Shown here: in pieces, positions 40,084-52,599 of the stretch
Layout of the letters: each line of letters starts with the position of its first letter
How positions within the stretch are numbered: the first letter of the stretch is position 1
Position numbers and translations under genes: made by a program
Assembly: GCF_006345805.1 (NCBI RefSeq)
Contig: NC_042998.1
Location: 193,688,001-193,752,000 of the forward strand
DNA length: 64,000 nucleotides
Origin: Octopus sinensis
Lineage: Eukaryota
Reading direction: 5' to 3'
Notes under the pieces: model-generated
The model's input: only the letters and a program-made list of their open reading frames with translations
Told to the model about the DNA's origin: nothing
The model's database searches: none

Positions 40084-40517
40084 GGATCTTTTCGGTTTGA
40101 ACGGCAGTTTTTAACATAATTTCTAGGTAACTAAAAAATTTTAAACTTCGTATACTGGTAGAATGTGTTTATAAAACATCTTTTTCTCTTGGCTTTATTG
40201 AGAAAATTCTATGGTTTGTAAAATATTTGTTGTTGTCTTTTCTTCAAATTCTGCAATTTCAACCAATCAATGACGTCTATTGAAGTAAAAAACATTCTGT
40301 GCCGCATGAATATGTCCCTCGTTTAAGAAACAGATTGGGTTTATTTACATTTGGGAAGAAAAAAAGATACCCTTCCCCCCACCCCTAACCCTAACCCTAA
40401 CTAACGCTAACCCTAAAACAGATTGAAATGCAATAGATCGATACTAGGGTCATAATTATGGGTGACAATTTCATATGACACCGCTAGAAAAAACTGCCGT
40501 TCAAACCGAAAAGATCC
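40084..40517 (+). mobile_element. MITE copy 3
   Basis: Same TIRs. TSD ACTAAATT at 40076-40083 and 40518-40525. Confidence 0.95.
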
Positions 40518-41044
40518 ACTAAATTTCCCTTATTAGACACCATACGGTCATATAAAAACAGATCAGACTGGATAATGTAACTATACACTATGCCTGAAAG
40601 AATGACGGCAGGATCATTGCTGAAGAACCTTTGATTTTAGGTCAAAACGATTGATCGGAACTGACCTGGTACTAAACAACAAAAATATTAGTGTTTGATA
40701 AAATAAACGCCAATGTTACCTTGCATTGATTAAAAAAATTATAATTCTTTCTCATTTTGGCGCAAGACCAGCAAATTTCAGGCGGAGTGTAGTCAATTAC
40801 ATTGACACCAGTAACTCATTGGTATTCATTTTATCAACGCCGAAAGGTTAAAAAGTAAAGTTGACTTCGGTGGAATTTGAACTCAAGATGTAACGCGTCG
40901 GAAGAGATACTGCTCTAACAATTCTACCAGCTCACCACAATACAGTAATCCCTCGTCATATCGTGGTTCACGTATCGCGGTTTATTATTTAAGTTTACGT
41001 CGATTCCTCCGCAATGTATTTATAATGAAATAGATATATTTATT

Positions 41045-41340
41045 TATCTACGCGCCCTTTTCAAGCCTAGCCAGGCTCATAGGCCCGGTTTCCCGGTTTC
41101 TGTGGCGTATGTGTTCCTCTCAGCTGGACGGGACGCCAGTCCATCGCAGCGTCACTCAAGAAACAGGAAGAGAGAGTGAGAGAAAGTTGGGGCGAAAGAG
41201 TACAACAGGGGTCGCCACCACCCCCTGCTGGAACTCGTGGAGCTTTATGTGTTTTCGCTCAATAAACACACACAACGCCCGGTCTGAGATTCGAAACCGC
41301 GAGTCCGCTGCCCTAACCACTGGGCCATTGCGCCTTCACA
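41045..41340 (-). mobile_element. Chimeric SINE: family B head and body with family C tail
   Basis: 41157-41340 matches family B. 41050-41155 matches the tail of 41346-41450 and 56660-56762. Confidence 0.82.
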
Positions 41341-41345
41341 AAATA

Positions 41346-41595
41346 AATGCGCCCTTTTAAAGCCTAGCCAGGCTCATGGGTCCGGTTTCCCGGTTTCAAT
41401 AGCGTATGTGTACCTCAGCTGGACGGGACGCCAGTCCATCGCAGCGTTACTCATTTTTGCCAGCTGAATAGACTGGAGCAACGTGAAATGAAGTGTTTTG
41501 CTCAAGAGCACAACGCGTCGCCCGGTCCAGTAATTGAAACCACAATCTTACGATCATGATGCTGACATCCTAACCACTAAGTCACGCGCCTCCAC
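41346..41595 (-). mobile_element. tRNA-derived SINE family C (~255 bp; probably octopus OR2, from recall)
   Basis: Reverse complement of 56516-56776. Confidence 0.9.
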
Positions 41596-42002
41596 GAAAT
41601 AAATATACACAAATCATTAAAAAATGTACAGTACAGTGCTGTTTCTACTTTGCAGGTTTTCGCCTATCGCATGGGTTTTAGAACGTAACACCCGCGATAG
41701 TTGAGGGAATGCTGTAATTCTTTCAAATTTAGACACAAAGATAGCATGTTTGAAGGTAGCGGGTAGATGATTATATCAACCCCAGTGCCCAACTGGTAAT
41801 TACTTTACCGACCTCGAAATGATGAATGTCAAAGTTGACAGCTGCGGTTGGCTGCTGGAACTGACACCTGGATTTGCGAACTCATATTTTCTTTAATGTA
41901 ATCTGACTTTTAAAGAATTTTTTTAATTCACTCTGAAGGGGTCGAAAATTCTACAAAGACAATTATCCTCAAAAGGTACTGGTTGGTTTAATAACATAGT
42001 TG

Positions 42003-42426
42003 GGATCTTTTCGGTTTGAATGGCAGTTTATTCTAGCGGTGTCATATGAAATTGTCACACATAATTATGACCCTAGTATCGATCTATTGCATTTCAATCT
42101 TTTTTAGGGTTAGTTAGGGTTAGGGTTAGGGGGAAGGGTATCTTTTTTTCTTCACAAATGTAAATAAGCCCAATCTGTTTCTTAAACGAGGGACATATTC
42201 ATACGGCGCAGAATGTTTTTTTTTTACCTCAATAGACGTCATTGATTGGTTGAAATTGCAGAAATTGAAGAAAAAAACAACAAATATCTTACAAACTATA
42301 GAATTTCCTCAATAAAGCCAAGAGAAAAATATATTTTATAAACACATTCTACCAGTATACGAAGTTCAAAATTTTTTAGTTGTCTAGAAATTATGTTAAA
42401 AACTGCCGTTCAAACCGAAAAGATCC
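42003..42426 (-). mobile_element. MITE copy 4 (inverted; no matching TSD)
   Basis: Same TIRs and body reversed, with TTAGGG repeats on +. The flanks catagttg and aaagccaa do not match. Confidence 0.93.
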
Positions 42427-44118
42427 AAAGCCAAATTTACTTTCTTGGAAACAAGACTCACGAGCTGCATTCCAAAACGACGTTTTTCACTTGTAAACAA
42501 AGCAAGAATGGTAATAATAAACCATCTTGTTTAATACAAATCAATACTTGCAATTAAAAAAATGTTTTGTTTCGTTTGTTATTTTTAATATCGACTCCCA
42601 AAGTTCTTTTTAAGGAAGTTAATTTTTCTATCCATTCCTACAATCTGGCGTATTCGCAAACTTATTTTTTAAAAATTCACCAAGGCAGGAGTTGAATCGT
42701 ATTAGACAGGGTTCTAATCAGCCAGCAGTCGTGTGAGCTGAGTGAAAAGTTGAAGGGTTTTAACGTTCGGCCTATTATGTGGCCGTGTTGGGAAGTAGTT
42801 CGTTTCACAACCATATGACTTCGTATTCAATCTCAAGGCATGACATCTTAGGTATTTTCTATCATAGCCTCCAGTCGGCCAAAGCTTTGTGAGTAAAATT
42901 TACGAGAATAAAACTGTCAGCAAACTCGTCTGAGAAACCTTGTGTGGTGAACTTATTTGTCATCATTATCTGACCCATAGGTGCCTTTATGGTATTCATC
43001 TTATTGCAAGCATTCGGGTCAGGGACCCAGTCTGAGGATAACTTCCTCTTTTATTGCCATTAGTCTAGGGGTCTCTTAAATGATCATTGGGACTACTTTT
43101 CCACTTCACTTGCTCCGACAAAATTCGAAGGCTCTGAAAAGGAATATGGGTGCTGCTCTTCCTCCTTTGGCTAAAACATTTAAAGAAATGTTAGAGAAAG
43201 ATATTGACAAAGATAAAAAGGTTGTGTCGATGAAAATAGTTAGTCCTTTTAATGACTGTCATAATGTTACAGACGATGACGTCGACGTCGACGGCAGCGG
43301 CGGAGATGGTGGTGGTGGTAGTGGTGGTGGTGGTGGTGGTGGTGGTGCTAGTGCTGGTGGTGGTGCCGGTGGTGGTGCCGGTGGTGGCCAGAGAGCGCTA
43401 AAAAAGATCCTAACGGGAAATACATATCAATTCATAATTGGAAATTCCACAAGTCTGAGAGTGTAACCGAAGAGACGGAAAAACGTTTGTGAGAAGTACG
43501 GTTATAATATTTTTTTTGGTTTTTGGTTTTTGTTTTTTTTTTTGTTTTTTTGTTTTTTGTTGTTGTTTTTTCTAAATGGTAAAAACAACTGAATCAATGG
43601 TCAGCATCCGTATAAGTGGCTACAATGTATCACAGTAAATACTGAGTAGACAGCGAGTTAAACATTTCTTTCAGCTGGTATCTCTCTCATTAAATATGAA
43701 GAGTCGATTTAATGTATGTATAGCAACAGGATACTCTCTTCTCCAAGATCGTCTGATATTCAAATTATCTGACATTAGTCAACCTTAGATAGCTTTATCT
43801 AGAAAACGAAGGTGGCGGAGACATTATGTGTCTCTATTGATAAGCTAATCGATAAGTTTCTATATAAGAAAATAATGAAGTCAGAGGAAGTTACGTCCAG
43901 ACGACTCGCGAATTTTATGTCTTCGTTTTTACTTAATTATTTTTTTGTTTTTGTAGTTTACATTTTCGAGGAAAGAATGAACGTTAATTTTAATCTTCTA
44001 TACATCTTCGATTAATATTCATCTTATGTATTATAATTTCATTCACATTTAGGATGCTTCATAGGAATATAAATCCGCCACATCTGTACTTAACTATATT
44101 TCATTTTATCTATGCATC

Positions 44119-44650
44119 GGCGGCGAGCTGGCAGACACGTTAGCGCGCCGGGCGAAATGCTTAGCGGTATTTCGTTCTGAGTTCAAATTCCGCTGAGGTC
44201 GACTTTGCCTTTCTCCCTTTCGGGGTCGATAAATTAAGTACCAGTTACATACTGGGGTCGATGTAATCGACTTAATCCGTTTGTCTGTCCTTGTTTGTCC
44301 TCTCTGTGTTTAGCCCCTTGTGTGTAGTAAAGAAATATGTATTTCGTCTGTCGTTACGTTCTGAGTTCAAATTCCGCCGAGGTCGACTTTGCTTTTCATC
44401 CCTTTCAGGGTCGATTAAATAAGTAGCAGTTACGCACTGGGGTCGATATAATCGACTTAATCCGTTTATCTGTCCTTGTTTGTCCTCTCGTCTGCCGTTA
44501 CGTTTTGAGTTCAAATTCCGCCGAGGTCGACTTTGCCTTTCATCCTTTCGGGGTCGATTAAATAAGTACCAGTTACTTATCAACTTAATCCGTTTGTCTG
44601 TCCTTGTTTGTCCCCTCTGTGTTTAGCCCCTTGTGGGCAAAAAATAAATA
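44119..44650 (+). mobile_element. SINE family A trimer with internal deletions
   Basis: Head plus three bodies. Junction aaagaaatatgtatttcgtctg. TSD tatatttcattttatc(t/g)atgc. Confidence 0.9.
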
Positions 44651-45284
44651 TATATTTCATTTTATCGATGCGCACGGTAAGAAAAACTTTGCTCTTCGCA
44701 GGATTTGAACTCGGAACATAAAGAACCGGTAACTAAATACTGCATGTAATTTCCCCGAAGCTCTAATGGTTCTGCCAATACACAAAAATGGTACTGATGA
44801 ATTATTTAAAATTAATTCTTCATATTATTATCATCATCATCTGTCGACTACAACTTGGAATTGCATCGGGTGCAATGTCTGACGTGACATATCAAACATA
44901 TATTAATAGCATAAGTTCCTCAATAGTTGAATTTTTACCATATTCACCGTTCATCGAGCCATGGGTAGGGTCTCAGGCTATGATTTGGTTAAATAAGTAC
45001 TTCAAAATAATAAACTAGAATTATACTTTATTGAAATGCACAAAAATGCACGCAGATGGAATGATGTCACCAGGCGGTTGTTATCGATTGATGGCACTAG
45101 AACAGGAAACTGAGAAATTATTTAAACCAATCTGTAGCTGTTTTGCAAAAATCTGTGATAATAATTACCTGTTGTCAAAGTTAAATAGCTTTGCCGCGGG
45201 TTGTGTGCTTTCAGAAAAGAACGGATATACTTGTTGTTGGTGTCTTTCTTCGTTGTGGTGTGTGTGTGTGTGTGTGTCGCGTGA

Positions 45285-45327
<43 letters not shown>

Positions 45328-45669
45328 TGTATGTGTGTTGTAGACTATGTGTGTGTGTGTATGTTATCAGCTATAAAGAGACGAATCATCAAGAGATTAT
45401 AAAGAGGAGAAGCTACAATACTTGCTTCCGTTTATATTTTTATTACTATATTTTGAAAAAAAATAAAGCTAGAGTTGTACAGTAGGTGTGTATTGTTTGT
45501 GCTATGTTAAGTTGTGCGCATGCGTGTGTGTACGTGTGTGTGTTTTATAAGAACTGAAAACTGGAATAAAAAATTACGAAGAGAAACTATAATCTTTTAT
45601 TCCGTCAATCATCTTACATATGTAGGTGCACACACACACATACACACACACACATATATATATATATAT

Positions 45670-45755
45670 ATTATATACACATATAGACATCATTATATAT
45701 ATATATATATATACATATAGACATCATTATATATATATATATACATATAGACATC

Positions 45756-45806
<51 letters not shown>

Positions 45807-46054
45807 CATATAGACATCATTATATATATATATACCATATAGACATCATTATATATATATATATATATATATACATACACATATAGACATCATTATATAT
45901 ATATATATATACATACACATATAGACATCATATATATATATAATATATATATATACATACACATATAGACATCATTATATATATATATATATATATAATA
46001 CATATATATGGATATATATATATATGGATATATATATATATATATAGTATATGG

Positions 46055-46089
<35 letters not shown>

Positions 46090-46337
46090 TACACATATAG
46101 ACATCATTATATATATATATATATATATACATATTATATATATATATATATATATACACATATAGAATCATTATATATATATAAGATATATATATATATA
46201 CACATATAGACATCATTATATATATATATATATATATACATACACATATAGACATCATTATATATATATATATATAATATCATACACATATAGACATCAT
46301 TATATATATATATATATATACATACACTATAGACATC

Positions 46338-46377
<40 letters not shown>

Positions 46378-46426
46378 TATGGATATATATATATATGGAT
46401 ATATATATATATATATATGTATATGG

Positions 46427-46461
<35 letters not shown>

Positions 46462-46600
46462 TACACATATAGACATCATTATATATATATATACATATTA
46501 TATATATATATATATATACACATATAGACATCATTATATATATATATATATATATACACATATAGACATCATTATATATATATATATGTATATACACATA
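45670..46600. repeat. Minisatellite: acacatatagacatcat units separated by variable (TA)n
   Basis: About 20 copies of the core, plus a second sub-unit atatggatat. Confidence 0.92.
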
Positions 46601-47519
46601 CACATATATATAGATATATACATATATCTATACATATACATATATATGTATGTATAAATATATATATATATATATACACATATATATATATGCATATATA
46701 TATACATATACACATATATATATGCATATATATATATATATTGTATATATATATTATATTATATATTATATATATATATATATATATTATATATTATATA
46801 TATATATACATAGTTAATCCAAACATGAAAACACAAAGAGAAAACACAACAACGCGAGGACGTGGAACAAGTATAGTGTTATTGGACGCTCGTGTGTGTG
46901 TGTGTGTTGTCTATGCGTGTATATGTATATATTCACAAGCAAATGCATATATGTATGCATGTATATGTACACATATAGACGCAGACAAACCTTTACTCAC
47001 ACACACACACCACATACACACACACAGACAGATGCAAAGTGTAGTATTTTGAAAAAAAAGCGGTATGCAGACACTAACATTTTGATGGCTGAATTTCCTG
47101 TCTAACTTGAGAGGAAGTCATATTGTTTATTCGTTGAGAGAGTCATGAAGAAATAGTTTCATTTATATTTTAAGATTTATAAATTAAATTGGAATTGATT
47201 AATGAATATATTTGCATATATTAAATTAAGGAATCATAGCGGAAAAATAGTGATCACCTGTGATTATATTATTCATTTCTATGTACATGTGTTTTATATG
47301 TGTTTCTGTGTATATACATAGCTACACACACACACACACAAATATCTATGAATGTGTGCGTGTGTGTGTTTGTATGCGTGTGTGTGTTTGCATATGTGTT
47401 TGTGTTTGTTTTGTGTGTGTGTGGTGTGTGTGTGTGAAAGAAAAAGTCGTCTTGGAAGCGGTGAGTGAAATGGACATGTTATATGTGTCTGATTGTGTGT
47501 GTGTGTGGTGTGTGTGTAT

Positions 47520-47538
47520 GTATGTATGTATGTATGTG

Positions 47539-47606
<68 letters not shown>

Positions 47607-47616
47607 TATATATATA

Positions 47617-47667
<51 letters not shown>

Positions 47668-47685
47668 TATATATATATAATATAG

Positions 47686-47717
<32 letters not shown>

Positions 47718-47817
47718 TCCATATACATATATATATATATATATATCCATATATATATATATATATATATATATATCCATATATATGTGTGGTTGTGTGT
47801 ATTTAGATATTCGTGTG

Positions 47818-47868
<51 letters not shown>

Positions 47869-47870
47869 TA
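47520..47870. repeat. (TA)n microsatellite
   Basis: Seen directly. Confidence 0.95.
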
Positions 47871-49152
47871 TGCAATAAATATTCTTTCATCTACAGCAGC
47901 ACTATATCGGTTGATCTAGATCAATGATATGTCATGTGATATCAATTGAGAGCCAAACAGCAAATGTTTATGATGGCCAGATAGAAAAAAATATATTTTT
48001 ATCGTTTTCTTCTTCTTCCTCTTCTTCATCTTCTTGTATCATTCATTCTATACATTCTTGGTTGAGATAGCGGATTTGTGTTTGTTTAAACTGACAATTT
48101 TAAATATAATCTATTCATCATGCCTGAAGCAATGTATATAGAAGAAATTTACCAAATTAACGTTTTCTTGAGAAGACATTTCTGTTTTGATGACCATCTA
48201 AAAAAAGATTCTTTTTATAAGCCAAGTGAAATATATTGGTTTCTAAGAATTGACGCAAGGCCACAAATTTTGATGAAGGGCGGAGTTGATTAAATCTCCG
48301 CCGATACTCGATCGTCTTTTAATTTTATTAAGAATAAAAAGGGCAAAGTCCACATTAGTGGTATTGAAGCTCTCAAACTCAGATCATACTGATAATCCAA
48401 CAACAACAACAACATCAATAATAATAATGAGGATGATGGCGATGATAATAATAATAATAATAATAATAATACAGTAGTACAAAAGGTGATGGTAGGTTGT
48501 TGGGTGTGATGTTGCTGCTGCTACGGCCGCCGCTGCATTTTTATAATCTCAGGTCAAACCTGATTGAGTAGATCTATGAGCAAAAGCATTCCAGCCGTGA
48601 CTATCCCGCTCCTTTCTTGTGTGCCAGAAACGCGTTATACAAGATATTTCTTTTCTAAGGCGTTAGGGTATGTTTCGAAGGAGATTTGGCTGCTATTTCT
48701 ACCAAAGTGAACTACTACAAAGGCGTCCTCTCGAGTGTTGTGGGTTAGTAATAATAATAATAATAATAATAATACGTTGAGCCTTAAATACTTAAAGGTG
48801 TTGATAAGAGAGTTTTACGTGATTATATTGATCTCAGTACTTACACTAGTATTCGTATAATGATACTCTCGGTATCATTATAAGAGCGGTATATCTCTTG
48901 ACAGATATTCAGCCCCATTGCATGGGGGCTTAGATAAAAACACCAATATGTGTGTACGTCTTCTATTTTTTTTTTTTTATTATTAAAATCTTCCACTGAG
49001 GAGGGAGCCTGTTCCCAACAAAGATACGCGCATCCATCTTTGGGATATAGTTAACACAGACAAAATCACATTTGGAACTTGAGAAAAGTCTTGCATACTA
49101 TTACTGTTCCACTCACAGACTGGACTTGTAATGTACGAATTAGTCGGTCAAA

Positions 49153-49430
49153 TGTATGTATGTCTGTACGCATGTATATATGTATGTATGTAATGTATGT
49201 GTATGTATGTATGTATGTATGTATGTATGTACGTACGTATGTATGTATGTATGTATGTATGTATGTGTGTATGTATGTATGTATGTATATGTGTGTGTAT
49301 GTGTGTATGTATGTATGTATCTATCTATCTATGTATGTATATATGTATGTGTGTGTATGTATGTGTGTATGTATGTATGCGTGTAGGTGTATGTGTGTGT
49401 ATGTATGTATGTATTTATGCGTATGTAATG

Positions 49431-49461
<31 letters not shown>

Positions 49462-50083
49462 TGTATGTATGTATGTATGTATGTATGTATGTATGTATGT
49501 ATGTGGTGTATGTATGTATGTAGGTATGTATGTATGTGTTGTATGATGTATGTATGTTGTATGTATGTATGTAATGCATGCATGTATGTATGTATGTATG
49601 TATGTATGGTATGCATGTATGTATGTATTATGTATGTATGTATGTTATGTATGTATGTATGTATGTTTTTGTATGTATGTATGTATGTATGTATGTATGT
49701 ATGTATGTGGTATGTATGTATGTATGTATGTAGGTATGTGTTGTGTATGTATGTATGTATGTTTGTATGTATATATGCATGCATGTATTGTTATGTGTGT
49801 GTATGTTGTATGTATGTATGTATGTATGTGTATGTGTTATGTATGGTATGTATTGTATGTATGTGTGGTGTATGTGTGTAGTATATGTATGTATGTATGT
49901 ATGGATGTATGTATGTCTGTGTATGTAATATAGGTATGTATGTATGTGTGTATGTATGTATGCATGTATGTAGTATGTATGTTATGTATGTTTGTATGTA
50001 TGTGTATGTATGTATGTATGTATGTATGAATGTATGTATGTATGGCGGTATGTTGTATGTATGGTGTATGTATGTATGTATGT
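49153..50083. repeat. ~930 bp degenerate (TATG)n microsatellite
   Basis: Seen directly. Confidence 0.95.
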
Positions 50084-50327
50084 AGTAAATATTCGCTTTA
50101 AAATGTATGAGAATCATAATATACGGTAAAGTACTACGAAACATAAAACAGTGTGGAAATCTTAATTCATTTAGATTAATAAAAAGATCAGCCATGTTTC
50201 TTTCGTTTTCACATTCATCTGAGTGTAAAAGTAGATTATGGAACTTGGGGTTTACATATGTGTGTATGTGTGGTGATCAGATAAGCAAATAGTATTTATC
50301 TGTCAGTATTTATAGTATTTATTTTGA

Positions 50328-50579
50328 AGGCGGCGAGCTGGCAGAGAAGGCGGCGAGCTGGCAGAAACGTTAGCGCGCCGGGCGAAATGCTTAGCGGTAT
50401 TTCGTCTGCCGTTACGTTCTGAGTTCAAATTCCGCCAAGGTCGACTTTGCCTTTCATCCTTTCGGGGTCGATAAATTAAGTACCAGTTACGCACTGGGGT
50501 CGATGTAATCGACTTAATACCTATGTCTGTCCTTGTTTGTTCCCTCTGTGTTTAGCCCCTTGTGAGTAATAAAGAAATA
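50328..50579 (+). mobile_element. SINE family A monomer with duplicated 5' end
   Basis: aaggcggcgagctggcaga occurs twice. TSD AGTATTTATCTGTC at 50291-50304 and 50580-50593. Confidence 0.93.
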
Positions 50580-50972
50580 AGTATTTATCTGTCGGTGAAA
50601 TTGCTAAAATTAAATCCAGAGTGGGCGTTCTTTCTGATAGAGCTGTCTAGACTTTCAAAGGAGAAATGCTCTTTTACGTCAAAAGTACAATCTTCGATGG
50701 AGGGAAGGTGTATTTTTCGTAGATATCTTTTATCTTTTCTTTTACTTGTTTCAGCCATTTGCCTGCGGCCATGCTGGGGCACCGCCTTGGGCAATTAGTT
50801 TTCGCCGAATGAATCGACCCCAGGGTTTAATTTTTTTTTTTTGTTAAGCCTGATATTTATTTTATCGGATACTTTTGCCGAACGATATATATATATATAC
50901 ATAATATAGATATATATATATATATATATATCTATATATATATATATATATAATATATATATATATATATAC

Positions 50973-51215
50973 AGATAAGAAAATGGAGAAATACATCTAA
51001 ATCTAATATCAATTACCAGATAATACTCAATCACATACTTTATTAAACCACCACATAAGAGCTGTAGGGTTAAATATAAAAAGCAGAACAAATCTGATTT
51101 GTTCTGCTTTTTATATTTAACCCTACAGTCTTATGTGGTGTTTAATAAAGTATGTGATTGAGTATTATCTGGTAATTGATATTAGATTTAGATGTATTTC
51201 TCCATTTTCTTATCT
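50973..51215. repeat. Near-perfect palindrome (~121 bp arms, 1 nt centre)
   Basis: 50973-51094 is the reverse complement of 51096-51215 apart from two single-base indels. Confidence 0.97.
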
Positions 51216-51299
51216 TTTATTAGTAATCTGTGGTAAATCTTTTTACCTTTGCCCATATAATACAGTAAATGAATTGATTGCATCGCAATCATTAACATA

Positions 51300-51531
51300 T
51301 ATTTCTTTACTACCCACGAGGGGCTAAACACAGAGGGGACAAACAAGGACAGACAAACGGATGAAGTCGATTATATTGACCCCAGTGCGTAACTGGTACT
51401 TAATTTATCGACCCCGAAAGGATGAAAGGCAAAGTCGACCTCGGCGGAATTTGAACTCAGAACATAGTAGCAGACGAAATACGGCTACGCATTTCGCCCG
51501 GCGTGCTAACGTTTCTGCCAGTTTGCCGCCT
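51300..51531 (-). mobile_element. SINE family A monomer
   Basis: Full head-to-tail match. Confidence 0.93.
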
Positions 51532-51626
51532 TGATATGTATTAACTTTGTTGGGTACTTCACTAGCAGTATATTGGATATATGTTATCCCATAGAGGGTT
51601 GCATTTACAACCCCTATCTCAATTTG

Positions 51627-51657
<31 letters not shown>

Positions 51658-51674
51658 CTATATATTATATATAT

Positions 51675-51825
51675 TTACTTCGGACTTCTTTCAGTTTCCG
51701 TCTACCAAATCCACTCACAAGAGTTTGGTGGGCCGGAACTATAGTAGAAGACACATGCCCAAGGTGCCACGCAGTGAGCCCGAACCCAGAGCCACGTGGT
51801 TGAGAAGTAAGCTTCTTACCACACA
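51675..51825 (-). mobile_element. SINE family D, 5' half
   Basis: cttctttcagtttccgtctaccaaatccactcacaa...cttcttaccacaca is the reverse complement of 58350-58500. Confidence 0.85.
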
Positions 51826-52009
51826 ACCTTCTAGTTTTGTTGTGGTTAAAGAGTTGAACGGATAAATAACTGCTTACAAAAAAATATGGGAAAACCAAAA
51901 TCTAGAGAAGTGCTAAAATACCCTAGAGGGGAAATCTTTGATTATTTGGGTACCTGCAAGACTAGACGTGTTTTCTTCACTTAAACGTTCGCCTGAACGC
52001 AAATTAGTT

Positions 52010-52185
52010 TATGACGTCAGAGATTATGTGTATATGATGATGTAGTGATTGGGTGGTTAAATGGAATTACCCTGGTTGAGTAGTTGGCGACATGGCGGAT
52101 ATTTGGCTGCTACGCGTCTGCGCGGAAGTTTTCCCTCAATTTGGCGGGAATGGGCAGAGTAGGAACATCATGGTGAAAGGTACCC
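52010..52185 (+). promoter_or_regulatory. Candidate Pol II promoter and short first exon
   Basis: TGACGTCA 52012, ATTGG 52048, ACATGGCGG 52090, CGGAAGT 52123 and TTTGGCGGGAA 52140, then ATG 52170 and AG|GTA at 52180. The segment is locally CpG-rich and unique in the window. Confidence 0.45.
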
Positions 52186-52599
52186 AGTCATGATAATCTC
52201 ATTCTTTGTATGTCAGGAACTATATTGTTCGATATAATCTTTATGTAAAGACGAGATTTGTGAGAATTCTGTCTGCCATTTTCAATAGGTTATGTTATTG
52301 TACCAGACACTGATATATCTATAATAAAAATGCTATGTGTAAAGAAGAATGCTTGCAAAGTATATATTTTACTATTTACGTAAATATATAGATGTCAGAC
52401 AAATATAAAATATGTAAAAGAAAGGTGTGCAATTATATAAAACACAAGTCTATTGTATTTTGGATTATTGCTTAATTTAGAAGATGTTTTTTCTTAACAC
52501 ATTATTGAACATATTTCATTTGCTTTACGTAAGCAAAATATTCTCCTCCTAATGAAAGTAAATATGCATATAATACTAAACTTTTGAAATTATTCGCAA

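Larger units (their letters stand above)
40943..41714. mobile_element. Tc1/mariner (pogo/Tigger-like) MITE with nested SINEs
   Basis: Imperfect TIRs TA|CAGTAATCCCTCG...atcg and cgatagttgagggaatgCTG|TA, with TA flanks. Confidence 0.78.

Noticed and set aside
40620-40660. CTGAAGA-ACCT...AGGT hammerhead-like string
   Set aside because: It lacks GAAA and lies in a degenerate dispersed repeat similar to 48550-48610 and 58250-58310, so the match is probably chance.
45670-46600. Repeat-spacer array resembling CRISPR
   Set aside because: The spacers are only (TA)n and carry no unique sequence.
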